A stretch of DNA of 64,000 bases from the NCBI RefSeq assembly GCF_006345805.1, contig NW_021832230.1, forward strand, positions 62,001 to 126,000, read 5' to 3'. The notes beneath the pieces are model-generated. The model had not been told where the DNA came from. It did no database searches and saw only the letters and a list, made by a program, of their open reading frames with translations. Source of the stretch: Octopus sinensis. Taxonomy: Eukaryota. The translations under genes were made by a program, and so were the position numbers. Positions 1 to 12,412 of the stretch are shown here, piece by piece (position 1 is the first letter of the stretch; each line of letters opens with the position of its first letter).

Positions 1-120
1 GTCATGGATTCTGGAGAGTAGGCCCAGGTGCCACACGCTATCGAAGGCTTTGGCCAGATCTAGACACACCACAGTTAGCCATGCTTCATTTCTGTCAGCA
101 CGGGATAATTGGTGCTCTAA
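1..120 (-). mobile_element. Non-LTR retrotransposon RT fragment (jockey/CR1-like), runs off the window edge
   Basis: Minus-strand translation LEHQLSRADRNEAWLTVVCLDLAKAFDSVWHLGLLSRIHD contains the RT motif LDLxKAFDxVxH. Confidence 0.8.
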
Positions 121-204
121 CTTTAATAAAATTTCTAAAAAATTTTCTAAAATTTAAAAATTAACTTCATTAATATTATATCATTTATGATTGTTCTGTT
201 GTGA

Positions 205-2091
205 ATGAACATGGAAACAATAACGCTTATTGGTCTGGTCAAATATAGTCCTAATGATTTTTCCGATTCCAAATTCAAGAAAGGACAGTTAATTGTACAT
301 CAATTTAATCAGAATGACTGGTTTATCAAAATAGTATCAAATACTGACCTCACTGAATGCAATACACAAACTATTAAGGTAGCAATCTTTTTTACTACAG
401 CCTAATTTTCAGTTAACGAATGAGCTTAAGTCATTCTTTTTTGATATATCGACCTCATCAATATCTTTATATTTTTTCGACGGAGGACACCTAAAGTTTA
501 TGTCAATGAAATGTGATGACTCTGCAAATGAATCTCTGCAACATTTTGAATCACTGCTTCGTTCGATTGTTGAGGAATATCAAAGTTTGTTTTTCTTATA
601 TTTTTAACAGAAATTGAAAATTCTTCGAGTGAAGATAGTCCGGTTAGTTACCCTGCTCTCACTGCTCCTACATTTACGAGTATTCCCGAAAATGAGAAAA
701 ATGAACAAGAAAATCAAAATCATAGTAGTAAAGAATATGGATCTTTAAATACTTATGGTACTTTAAGAGGGTACTTTTGGCATATTTTACATGAAGTTTT
801 TTTAATCATGGTATTAATTGTTATGCAAATTCTATTTTACAACTTCTTCGTCGATGCAAACATTTTTTGTTATTACTTGAGGAAATATTCAATTTTCCAA
901 TAGATAAAGGAGAAGAAAAATTGCCTGTTGCATGGTTACGAGTTTTCATTAGTTCTAGGAAACTGTTAAGAGTTTACGAAGAACACGATTCAGATTCGTA
1001 TAATAATTCAGAAGTTATGGCGTTAATAAAACTAATATCTAAAAATTATCCCGTATTTGACATTTACTCCGAAAATGTAGTCAATAATTTTTTAGTTATA
1101 GGATGCTCAAGAATTTTTGAGTTATTTGCTTGATGCCATTGATGAGGAGTTTGAATCTCTCGAAGATAAATCAGGGTTTGAAAATCCTGTGAAAAATAAT
1201 TTTGGGGTCATTATAGAAAAGAGAGTAATTTGTAAAGAGTATTTGCTTCTTTAATTTTTATAAAAGATGTAAGCATTTGGTGTTCAAGAACGAATACTTT
1301 TCAATGCTATCTCTTTACCCTCCTCCCTTAAAGTTTTTATATTATAAAAATTATTATTTTATCAGTAAAGGACTTTATTCTTTGGAACAATTATTACAAT
1401 GGAGCATGAACGATGAAGAAGTGGAATTCACCTGTAGCAAATGTTCTAATCAGTATGTTGATATCAGAATGTCAGTAATTAAATCCCCTCGGTCAGTTTT
1501 ATTTTTCTATTTTTCATAGCTATCTTCTACTTCATGTAAATAGAATTTCCTACGATTGTTCAGAATTTTTACTAGCTAAAAAAGAAGTTCCGATTATAAT
1601 TAATGATCGAATTAAAATTGATTGCAAACAATATGCCATTGCACAAAGTAGTTCAGAATCTCCAATTTCTTCGATTATTGCTGAAATGGATGTAGAATCT
1701 GCTTCAGAAAAATGTGATCAAAAATTAGAATTTAATTCTGTTGATTCAGCTCCCTATTCTGCCAAACGTTTTTGTAATCATCAAAATTCGCATTCAAATA
1801 TGGATGAACTCGAAGCAGTTTAGTTTATCTTATTTTACACCTATAGAAAATATGTAGTAATGAGTATTTATTGTGTTCTATTGTAAATCATTTTGGTATA
1901 TGTCCTGGTTCAGGTTCGTATTACATAGTTATCCCCCAGGACATTATACATGTGATGTCATGATTGAAAGGGACGTATGGTTATCTTGCAATGATTTGTT
2001 AATATCAAGGGAGAATGGAGGATGCACATTTTTTGAAAGCCGCTCTCGTCCCTCTTATTTATATCTATATGAGGTTTCTTTTTGTAAGTAA
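205..2091 (+). CDS. Ubiquitin-specific protease, USP26/29/37-like, multi-exon
   Basis: Spliced Cys-box RGFFNHGINCYANSILQ (~765-845); DAQEFLSYLLDAIDEE; NPVKNNFGVIIEKRVICKE; KNEYFSMLSL; EEVEFTCSKC; His-box GHYTCDV...WLSCND. Internal exon boundaries are approximate. Confidence 0.8.
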
Positions 2092-3204
2092 AAGAGTAGA
2101 AATGTGAACCGGACCTATCTTCCTACACTGTCCAAGAAACATCACCTTCAACTAGTGATTTGTAAATTTATTCCTATAAATTTGATTTTGTAAATTAAGT
2201 GCATTTTTCAATTGTTTGTTATAATACTTTCTTATTAATGCTCGAAAGTGAAATAATTTTCATAGCAAGTTTAGGAAACGGTAATTTCATTTTGACTCTA
2301 TCTTGACTTACTTCTGCCCAAAAAACTTTAGGGTAAACGGATTCGTTCCAGAGTGATGGCTCAGCTGTTAAAAACAGAAACTTGGTAGTAAAGCTCAGCT
2401 AGTCTTGAATTCTTTTCGAATAAATTAAGTTATTAAAAACTGAGATTAGATGCATCTGAATGCACGATAGAAAAAAAGAAGTTAACTATCGGCTTAAAGT
2501 GGGACAATCTTACTTTACCTAAGTAATTGAAAAAATTAAAAATCGCTTCTCGTAAAAAAATTGGCTTTCTCGTCTTTAAGAAAAAAAAAGCTACAAGAAA
2601 ACTTGGTTTTTTAAAAAATCTCTGTCTGAACTTAGAAGGGACAATGAAATTTGAATTTTTTTAACATGTTTAGTATATGATGGCCTTTTTTTGCAGTAAT
2701 AAGTAAACAATTTATTTTTCCACTTTTTTGTTAATATTTAATTACAACATCAAACTGTCAGCTAAGTATAAGTAAAAATAGTCACATCTGAAACTATGCT
2801 ATATAAAAAACTAATGTTATATTACAAAAATAAAATAAATAAATTGATAAAAAGACCAAAAGATTTCATACAAAAAAATCAAAAAAAATTAATTAATTGA
2901 TATTTTTTGTCAGCATCTTAAGGAAAAAATTCCGTTGAATATTGTGGATTCAGAAATTTGAATCAAAATCTAATTATAGATCGTCAAAGAATTGATTGAA
3001 ATAACTAAATTCATCAAACTTTAAATCATCATTATTGATGATAATAAAAACAATCTTGAATGAATTTTATTGATCATATTTCTTTAATATTTTAATAAAG
3101 AAAATAAATTTTAATTAGACTCCAGAGAAACGACTTGTTCGCTATTCAGAGAGATTAGACGTTAGTTAGATAGTAAATTAATATATTTCAAATCAAAAGA
3201 AAAA

Positions 3205-3426
3205 TCGTCATTGGCAGATAGCCAGAGTATTGCCTCTGACTATGGCTATAGATATTCTTTCGATTAAATACCGGTGCTCACACGGGTCGCCGGTAACCCT
3301 TTCAATTAATGAGGATGCGCTAGAGTAGGGTCCGAGTAGAAGGCTCCCGTATTCCTAACGTCTCAACAGCCAGGGGGACAAACACTCTCCCATTCCCAAT
3401 TCCAGCGTATTTCTCAACTTTTCTCA
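3205..3426 (-). mobile_element. CRE-clade retrotransposon 3' fragment (REL endonuclease C-terminus), degenerate
   Basis: Minus strand reads KVEKYAGIGNGRVFVPLAVETLG, then after a frameshift RVTGDPCEHRYLIERISIAIVRGNTLAI. The same motifs occur in the CRE copy at 61800-62022. Confidence 0.75.
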
Positions 3427-3949
3427 GTTAGTAAATTAAATTTTATGTGGGAAATTTTGAACTAAGACATCATTTTAAAAATTATATTTTTAAATTTTTT
3501 CAAAAATGAATTTTTTATATTAAGTCGCTGTCTGGTTAATTTACCCACTAGAACAATATAATCACGTGGTTTTAATAATTAAATTTTCTACTCGAGTCAC
3601 TTTTTGAGAGGTCAGACATTAATTTTCACTTGTGGAAAAATTTATTTGACTATGAAGATTAAAATTGGCTAAATAAAACGAGAATGGAGTATACAATAAA
3701 CGAGAATGGATCTTCGTGTGAAAATAGTCGCTAGTCATTCCATGGTCTCAAAGAAACAGTCTCTAAACCTTAAAAAGACTAAGAAATATTTACTGAAATC
3801 ACTAAAAATCCCAAGATTTTGTCGTACAATACAACCGTAATGTGATGTCAAAATCTTAATTCACATAATTAATGATATTAAAAGTTAATTAATTCAATTT
3901 TTCAAACTGTCTTGAACAGCACCATCATCTTTCGTGATCCTTTGCTATT

Positions 3950-4440
3950 AATTTTGTCCTCCTCAGAGTATTCGTTTTCTGTCACCTATGTCTCCTCTTC
4001 ATCAGTTAGCTCCCCTTTGGTGAGTGTTCCACACTGCAAATCTTTGTTGAGAATCAATGCTTTAGTCATTACTCTTCGAAACCAGTTTATATTCTACGAC
4101 ATTCCTTCCACGTCTTCTTTAATGCAATCGTTGGATGTATGCCAGAACACTTTTAATGCCAATCAATCCATGTATTTTAAAATACTTGGAGGTGATCGCA
4201 TCCCAGGTAATGACAATCGGAAGTATTTGACTTTGGCTTTGTAAATGTTTCTATTCACTGCCAGGATATCATATTTATGAAGTTTTTCAACTTCACTGCT
4301 TTTAAATTATCCGCACATTTACTCCATCTCTATTACCATATGTGGTTTAATTTGTCGTATTGTCGGCTTGTTATATTGAATTTTTGACTCGGTAGGATAG
4401 TAGTTCAACTCGTATTCAAGCACGATCATTGGTAATTACG
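3950..4440 (-). mobile_element. R4/NeSL-like retrotransposon REL fragment, degenerate
   Basis: Frameshifted ESKIQYNKP, EVEKLHKYDILA and LPIVITWD align with YNKPDI, EVEKCHKYDLLA and IPVVMTWD of the element at 44363-45094. Confidence 0.7.
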
Positions 4441-5231
4441 TTATAAGTGAGTCTTCAACTTTGATTAATTCACATACTTATTATTGATTTATAAATGACA
4501 AAATCGAATTTCATTATGATAATTTTACTTAAGTTTTATAATTTGTTTTAGAAATTTTACACTATTTCAATATGAATAAAAGTATATTACAATTTTAAAT
4601 ACTTTGAAATAAGTTTATATAACATTTTTTATTTTCGATATAAACTTTAAAATCAAATTCGAAATGTATTCAGTCAAAACTAACATATTTATCATTGAAA
4701 TTTCATTCAAATAATGTAAATCTGTCCTTGTTTCCCGTCATGACAATTATAATCATCGTTTATAATATAACTATCGTGCGAATTTGTCATAGTATTAGAC
4801 ATGCTGGAAGGTTTTTTACTTATTGCAGTCTCACGGTGTGATAATAACTACTTAAGTGTTAATTGAACAATCACAATATACTGATTTTATGTACATTTTA
4901 CTGTTTAAATGAATGATTAGAGACATTTTTATAAGTGTTTAAAAATACAAATGATTTTAATTATATTAATAGTCATTTTATTGTTTCTTGCTAAATGACA
5001 CTTTATTCATCTAATATATCATTAGTTTATTTGTATTTTTAGTTTATTTTTAATGCTACAATTATAGCATAAAGTTTTGTATTTATTTGCACATTTTTCT
5101 CCGCTATTTTTGCGTTATTGCGCATAGTTTATAAGATTTAACTAATGCATTTTATCAAATATGACTTTTATTGGTTGGAAATTTTTGTTTACAATAGCGG
5201 AATTACTTAAAATCTAAAGCTCTTTATATAG

Positions 5232-6970
5232 GAAATGTTAATGCAATCTTATGTAAAATTTGTGGAGACCGTTCATCTGGAGTTCATTACGGAGTCGCAA
5301 CATGTGAAGGTTGCAAGGTACTTTGTAGATTAACGTTTCCTTGCATTTAGGGTTTTTTTCGCAGGACACAATCTTCAAATTCTGATAAAAAGTATACATG
5401 TGCAAAAAGTGGAGCGTGTGTCGTTGACAGAATTACTAGGAATAGATGCCAGTATTGTCGGTACAAAAAATGTCTTCAATTTGGAATGTCGAGAGACGGT
5501 TAGTTTTATTTAAAATTTATTATTACAATAATACGGAAAATTTAAGCAATGCAAATATATTGATTTTCAAAGTATTTGACCTAGTTTTATGATTTTTATA
5601 TGAAATGAATGTCATTTAGACAATTTTGTGTCAATTTATCATGATAGATCGCGATAATACCCGGATATCAACACTTATTACAATACGTTTTAATTTATTT
5701 AGGTATAAAATTCGGGAGAATGTCCAATAAAAACAGAGAAAGAGAATACATCAAAAAAGGAACTTATTATAGCACAAATAACGTTAATAATTTTGGGTTT
5801 ATCAGAAATATATCAAATATTTCTTAGTATGAATGCAGATTCCATTGAATCATCTACTAATTCTAGATTAACCGAAGAAACAAATTTCCAATATCTGATA
5901 AAAAGCATATTTTGATATATGAGTATTTTAGATAATTATTTTCAAAATTGTGATTATGATAAAAATGATCCTTTTTCTAAACCATTGTTGTTAAATAATT
6001 TGGAATGTGCTGAGTGCATGCCCGTAATCTCATCAGTAAGCGACTACTCATATTTTCTTAACCAGGAATATTTTAATTTGAATAATGGTGACTTTGAATA
6101 ATATATTTTTAGACGATTTAATAATGAAGATAATCTCTTGTTACAATATATTTTCTAAAAATGAAGATGAACGTGTTAATTTTTTGGCACTTAAAACAGA
6201 GAATGACTTAATATTTAAACCAGTTATAAATACGTATTAAATATTTTTAAATAGAATCCTGATCATCTGTTGGACAATTTTATATTTGCTTATGAAATCT
6301 TTTTACAAAAAGCTTTATCATACTTGTTTCAAGTTTCGGAATTCATTGAGTTTTATCAAAGTGATAAAAAAATTTTGTTAAAAAATGGTTGATTGTATTT
6401 ATTCTATTTTAAGGACATTTTGAAATGTTTTTTTACTATATGTACCAATCTTTTGATCCACATCTTCAAATTATTCAGTTTGATAATCTTATTCTTGGAA
6501 TAGAACAATTTAAAAATAACTGTTTTTTAATAAGAATAATTTATCTAATTTTAGATAATATGGAGAGATTTATAAATCAAATAATTACTTTCTTTAACGA
6601 ATTGTATTCTACTTTTCCTCCAATAATGATTGAAGAATATTCTTTTCTAAATTTGTTGATCTTAGTTAACAATCGTAAGCATATTGTATTTTTAATAGCA
6701 GAATCGGGGTTTTGTGATTCAATGAAAACTTCAATTGCTTCACGTCGGGTGTGGAATGCAATGAAGATATTTATCCAAAAAATTTGGGGAGATAAATATT
6801 ATCAGAGAATTGAAATGATCATTCTTTTTGCAAATCGGATAAAAAATAGATGTAAATTATTACATTCAACGTTTATTTCACTTTCAAATTGCTGTAAAAT
6901 ACTTCCTGAACTTTTCAATGAATACTGCATGTCAAATATAATTACAAAAGAATGTTGGATTCATCCTTAA
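5232..6970 (+). CDS. HR3/ROR: Nuclear receptor HR3/ROR (NR1F), DBD plus divergent LBD; start codon not resolved
   Basis: [22 protein letters not shown] | 33-nt intron 5318-5350 | GFFRRTQSS...[28 protein letters not shown] | intron 5499-5702 | IKFGRMSNK matches the NR1F DBD and T-box. LBD-like [12 protein letters not shown] and the 6425-6970 ORF ending LPELFNEY follow. Confidence 0.88.
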
Positions 6971-7046
6971 TATTATTTAAAAAATTACCTGAACATTTTT
7001 TAATACAATTTTTTATTACTTAAAAAATAGTGCTATAGAAACCCAA

Positions 7047-10000
7047 ATGTTAAAGTCTTCGAATGGAAAAAACATTACAACGAATCAAACAGATAAATCA
7101 AGTAAGAATAGTTAAATAAACACAAAAATCATAATAATTGGAATAATTATAACTAGAATTTGACGAATTCTATCAAATGAACATGATACAAATTACCCAG
7201 GATTTGCTAAATTCAGAAAAAAGTAACAATGTGCCACCTGAAGCTCGGGAACAAATAAGCGCAGATAAATGGATACATAAATATGGGTTAGTCAACAATA
7301 AGCTGTCATGGGACTTTATTCTTAAAAAAATTGGATTCAAAAAAAGCGAGGAATATGTTTACTCTTTGAAAAAACCAGTCTGTTCTCGATACAGTATAGA
7401 CTTGTTTGTGGAAGTTTTTTCTTCAATCGACGGTAGAACATATAACGTGACAAGAGATAAGAAAAAAATGTTATATTTATTTAATAAATTGAAAAAAATT
7501 CAAGAACTATATCAAAAACGTATCGAATGGCTATATTCCAGTAGTCGAAGAGTTTTTGGGCTAATTGTTGAAAATTTTGTGATTATTGTCTTTGACGTGA
7601 AAACTCAATCTTATGAAAAATTTAACCTATATAAAGCCGTAGCCACAGATATAATAAGAAGTCAACTAATAAATATAAATAAATTTAATTTAATCTGGTA
7701 AAATTTTTGAAATTAATTTAAGGGTTGCAGCTAAACCGATAGTATTTTCAAAAGAAATAGTTCAGTCAAATCAAACAAATATAGAAAAGGCTATTAAATG
7801 GATTGAGAACAAAAATTCTTTATCAGAAAGGAATGTAGAATACACTGTCACAGCATTAGAATTGGCTGCAAATGAAAAAGTTTAAATTTAATATTTGAAT
7901 CTTTAGACCGAAGCAGTTTATTTATTCACTGAAGGAGACTCATCTCAAAACTGTTCAAATTTTATTAACGATAAGGTTTTAATTTAAATCTTAAATATTT
8001 GAATAATTATTAGTTTAAAAACAATATTGTTCTTAATATTGTTATCTTTGATTCAATAAACTTCTCTGTAATAAGCGAGCTGAGAGATTTGGCCAAATCG
8101 ACGAAAGGAAGGTTTAATTGATCGTGATTATATGAAGTTTTGTTATATATGGGATAAATACTCAATTCGATGTTCTTGAATTAGATGATTCAGAAATTAA
8201 ATGTCTAAAGAGCGCGTTTGGTGGCATACCAGTAGGATCAGGAGTTCGAGAAGATATACACTTGGTATTTACGGAGTTAAAAGAAGTGGAAAATGTAATA
8301 AAAAAATTAAATGAAATTATATACAAATTAGAATTAAAAAAAACAAGTTATTTGATTATAATTTTTAAATTATAGGTTTAAATAAAATATTAAAAAGTTT
8401 TGATGACAAAAAAGAATCAAATTATAAATCAAGTGCTCATTGGATTTCTGAAAATGGAATTGCAAAAAATAAGTTATGCCTTTTTGACATTTTATCTGGA
8501 GTTGCCTTTAAACATTGCAATGGACTATTAGAATTAGAAAATAAAATAGTGGATGCAAAATATTGTCAGGAATTTGCACACGTAGTGTGGAAAAATGGAC
8601 AGTTAATGCATGTTCATGTCACTAATGACATATACAGGGACTATCAAAGTCGCCTTAATGTGGTAATGGATCGTATTATAAACAGGTTATTTAATATAAG
8701 TATTATAAAAATTATATAGATTAAACTGGTTGAAAGAGACGAGTTATTATTACTTTGGCAGGATAATTGAAAGTCGAATATTTATTTTGGTCGATATTTC
8801 TCTCTCGATGAAAGAATATATGAAAAATGTGTACAAACTACTATTCCGCGTTTTAAATGTATATAAAAATTAATATTAAAATCTAAAGGAGCAGATATTA
8901 AATAGTGGGAAAAGTTTCAATATTATTGCATTTAACACAGAGTATCATATATGGAGAAATAATTTCACATTCCCTACACCTGGTGAAATCAAACTTTCTC
9001 TTAATTGGCTAAAATCTATTGAAATTGGCGGGTCGACAAATATAATACCTCCATTAACGAACGCGATATATAACAATGCAACAGAAACCGTTTTCCTTTT
9101 ATCCGACGGACGTTCTAACGAGTCTGTCGATGAAATTCTTTCTAGCTTGAGCGGAAGACATAATTTGAGAATAAATACAATCTCATTTAATATGGATAAT
9201 TCACCCCCAAATCGACTTTTATATGAACTATCTTTCAAAACTAGTGGTGTGTGCGCAACTTTTGTCCTTCAAAATCATTCCAGAACATTGAGAGTATGAT
9301 TTTATAACAAAATATATAGAATAACAAGTTGACCAAGTGTCAAAAAAATAATTCAAATAGAAGTTATATCTTTGAAAATATTATACATGATAAAAATTCC
9401 CGAAAAGTAAAATATTGAAATTTTTATCGTCATAGAACGAGGATGTCGCTGAACTCTGCCGAGAATTAACAAAATGTATGAAAAATATCAGTACTATGGA
9501 AGCAATTAGAGAACAGTGTGTGAAGTTTGTAGTGAGGTGCTAAATCAAATAGGAAATCTAAACGGAAGATAATAAATATATTTAATTCTACAAAGTTATT
9601 TACAACAGTAATTTTTTAGTATTGAGCGTGTGGAAGAGAAAGTAGATAAAGATCAAAATAGTTTTTTTAATACTGCTTATAAAACAGGGGCCGTGCCTCG
9701 ATGTATTATAAATTCGATTAACTCCGATTACAAAGAAGATTATATCTACAAAAAACGAGAAGCTTGTAATAAATCAAATAATTTATTATTTTATAGCAAT
9801 TGAAAAACCTGAAAATAATTTAATTACTGAAAAGAGAAAAATAAATGATGTCCAACAGAAAACAAAGCTTGATATATTATTTATCATTTTAGTGAAGTTA
9901 CTGCGATCTACAAATGGCTAAATAATAATTCGCTCAAAAACAAAAACCTAGTTCTCAGTGACTTAATCCCAGAAGTTATCTATTTGAAAAATTATTTAAG

Positions 10001-10344
10001 AGCGAGAGAACTATTTCTTTTTCGAAAATATCGAATCTAAAGGAACTTAAACCGTCAAAAATCAAATTGTATGAATGTCTACTACAAAACTTGATAGAAA
10101 ATTACAAAGAGTATAAAATATTTATTGCATAGTTTACAGATTCTTAAGTGACCTATTGCCACGATATATTAAAAATGATTTAGAAAAGAATTTTAATGAC
10201 ATCGATTGTATACTAAAAGAGAATGCAAGGCATAGATTATGCAATTTGATACATCAAAATTGCCCTGAATTTTATAATCCAATTATTGCTGTTTTGGGAG
10301 AATATGACTTAGCATGTTACTACATAACAAAGATAAAAGAATAA
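7047..10344 (+). CDS. VWA3B: von Willebrand factor A domain-containing protein 3B-like, multi-exon
   Basis: ISADKWIHKYGL...IGFKKSEEYV...SRYS...DGRTYNVT...YQKRIEWLYSSSRRVFGLIVENFVIIVFD matches the VWA3B N-terminus. VWA motifs FILVDISLSM and VSFLSDGRSNES lie downstream. The 3' end is approximate. Confidence 0.8.
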
Positions 10345-10650
10345 TATTAATATTTAACAAATAATTCAATAAACAATTTATTTGATGAGAGATTTAGAGA
10401 TACTTAAAAAATCAAGAATATTTAAATTTTAAGATTATATTTAAGAAATACAAGACGTAATTCAGATATTTAAAACCTAATCAGAAATGTCTAAATTCTT
10501 GTATAGATAAATAAAACCACAGTTAAGAGGAAAATACTATATATTAATTAAAATTTTAGTTATATATCTTTAATTTTTTTAATAATCAAACTAAATAATT
10601 TGACTACCATGTTTTGTTAGTTGCATTTAGATAAACATCTTTGAAAATCA

Positions 10651-11901
10651 ATGCTAGTTCCTAAACCAATATATCGTGTAATCAATTTCATATCTCAAGC
10701 GTTCTACAACAGCGAAGAACACATTGTATTACGCTACCTAATGTTCTACCCCTGCATTTCTGAGAACGACTTGTCCACACTCCTAAAAATTGACCGAAAA
10801 CAATTAAGAAAAACTCTGAACAAACTGCGAGCAGAAAAATTTTTAAGGGTTGCTTGAATTCTAATAATAGGTAATGATATAGCAAAAGCAACGCGTTGAG
10901 AGCGATTGCAATGGAAAATCTGTGAGAACTACTTATTTTTATATTAACTTTATCACATTTATCAACGTTGTTCGTTATAAACTGGACATAATGCAAAAGA
11001 GGATAGACTCGAAGGCCAAAGAATGCATGACTCGTTCATCATATAAGTGTTCAGCATGTAAAAAAGCATTCGAAGATCTGGACATTGACCAAATATACGA
11101 TCGCTCGACTGGTTCCTTGGTATTAAAGTCATTAAATGATATTAAGATATGCAATTATTGTGGGGGTGATGTAGTAGAAGATGAGACGTTACTCACTAAT
11201 CGGAACAGTCGTAATGTTCTCATTATGTTTAATGAAGAACTGAAGACTTTATTTGAGTATTTGGCACAAGTAGAGAAAGTCGAGATTCCTTTTGAGTTAA
11301 TTGACCCTCAGCCATGTTCTCTCTCGGATTTTAAACAAAGAATAACTGTACAGGGAGGGCAGCCTGTTTTTGATTCGCTGAAAGATTTCTCGAATGATTT
11401 TAAAATAATTTTGGATGACGACCTTTTTGAGTCCATTCAAGTGGGAGTCAAACTTGAGCAGCCTTCATGGTTCCTTAATCCCGAAACAATCTCCCCTAAT
11501 ATCTCCTCAACATACAATATTGAAAATGAGAACGATCTTCAATCGGTTGATTACTAATCTATTCATTTTATAGGTTGTTGAAAGATTAAAAAAGAAAAAC
11601 ATTGTCGAAGAACAAGTACTGCAGCATTTGATACTCAGCAAGTCATACTTGTCTAAAAATGATGAAAATGTTGCTGTGGATAGTGGTCTGTGGCCTAAAG
11701 CTTTAAATGAAGAAGAAGCTAATGCGAGTAGATTTGCATTCAATTAGTTTGATAGTATTACGAAAAAGGGATATATTGACTGTAGGAGGAGCCCCAGTTA
11801 CGTTTTACGAAGCAATGGATTTGATTGATAAGATGACCAAGAATGAGATACGTGCATATATTGAAGTTTCAGGCTTTTTATTTGATGATTCAGTTAAATA
11901 A
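10651..11901 (+). CDS. GTF2E1: General transcription factor IIE subunit alpha
   Basis: LLKIDRKQLRKTLNKLRAEKF; YFYINFITFINVVRYKLDIMQKRI; zinc ribbon YKCSACKKAFEDLD...CNYCGGDVVED; C-terminal LTVGGAPVTFYE...KMTKNEIRAYI. Confidence 0.92.
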
Positions 11902-12412
11902 TTTATTATTTTTATAATAAATAATTTTATAATAAAAAAAAAAATAATAATTTTATTATTTGATTATATTGATTCACCAAGTTATAATCTACAAATTATT
12001 AAAGACATAATTCAGACAACTATTCTTTTAATATCACTTTAAATTACAAATATCAAAATACTTTAAATAACAATTTAGTAAATAAATTAATTAAAGTAGA
12101 AAAATATCGTATCCGATAATATTAATTCCGGACGCATGCTCTCTAAATGTTGAGTTATTATTATTAACTTTAGTATCCCTCTTCATAGTAGTGTCATTCG
12201 CTCGATTTTATGTACCACGAAAAAACCAATTCTCTTCCTAGTTGGTGTCTTGAAAGATTAAGCATACCTTTGTTTCTAGGTTTTATGTGTATTCAGTGCC
12301 TATCAAACGCGATTTTTGTCAATATTTTCAAATTAGCAGTCGAATTCTCTTCTTGACTGCATCCGAGATTGAGTTTACCGTATCATTTTTTATGTTTTCC
12401 AATTCTCCAAAG

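Noticed and set aside
2225-2375. Minus-strand open segment EPSLWNESVYPKVFWAEVSQDRVKMKLPFP, faintly CS/p23-like
   Set aside because: No consistent upstream exon or start could be built, and the similarity is too weak to call.
3675-3710. Short direct repeat AATAAA(A)CGAGAATGGA x2
   Set aside because: It is an isolated local duplication with no further structure.
5499-5702. snoRNA in the unusually long ROR intron
   Set aside because: No convincing C box plus D box pair or H/ACA structure was visible.
8945-9238. Antisense ORFs in the track (for example 8945-9238, 10688-10996, 18445-18687, 53109-53381, 54034-54468)
   Set aside because: They are shadows of recognisable genes or TE ORFs on the opposite strand.
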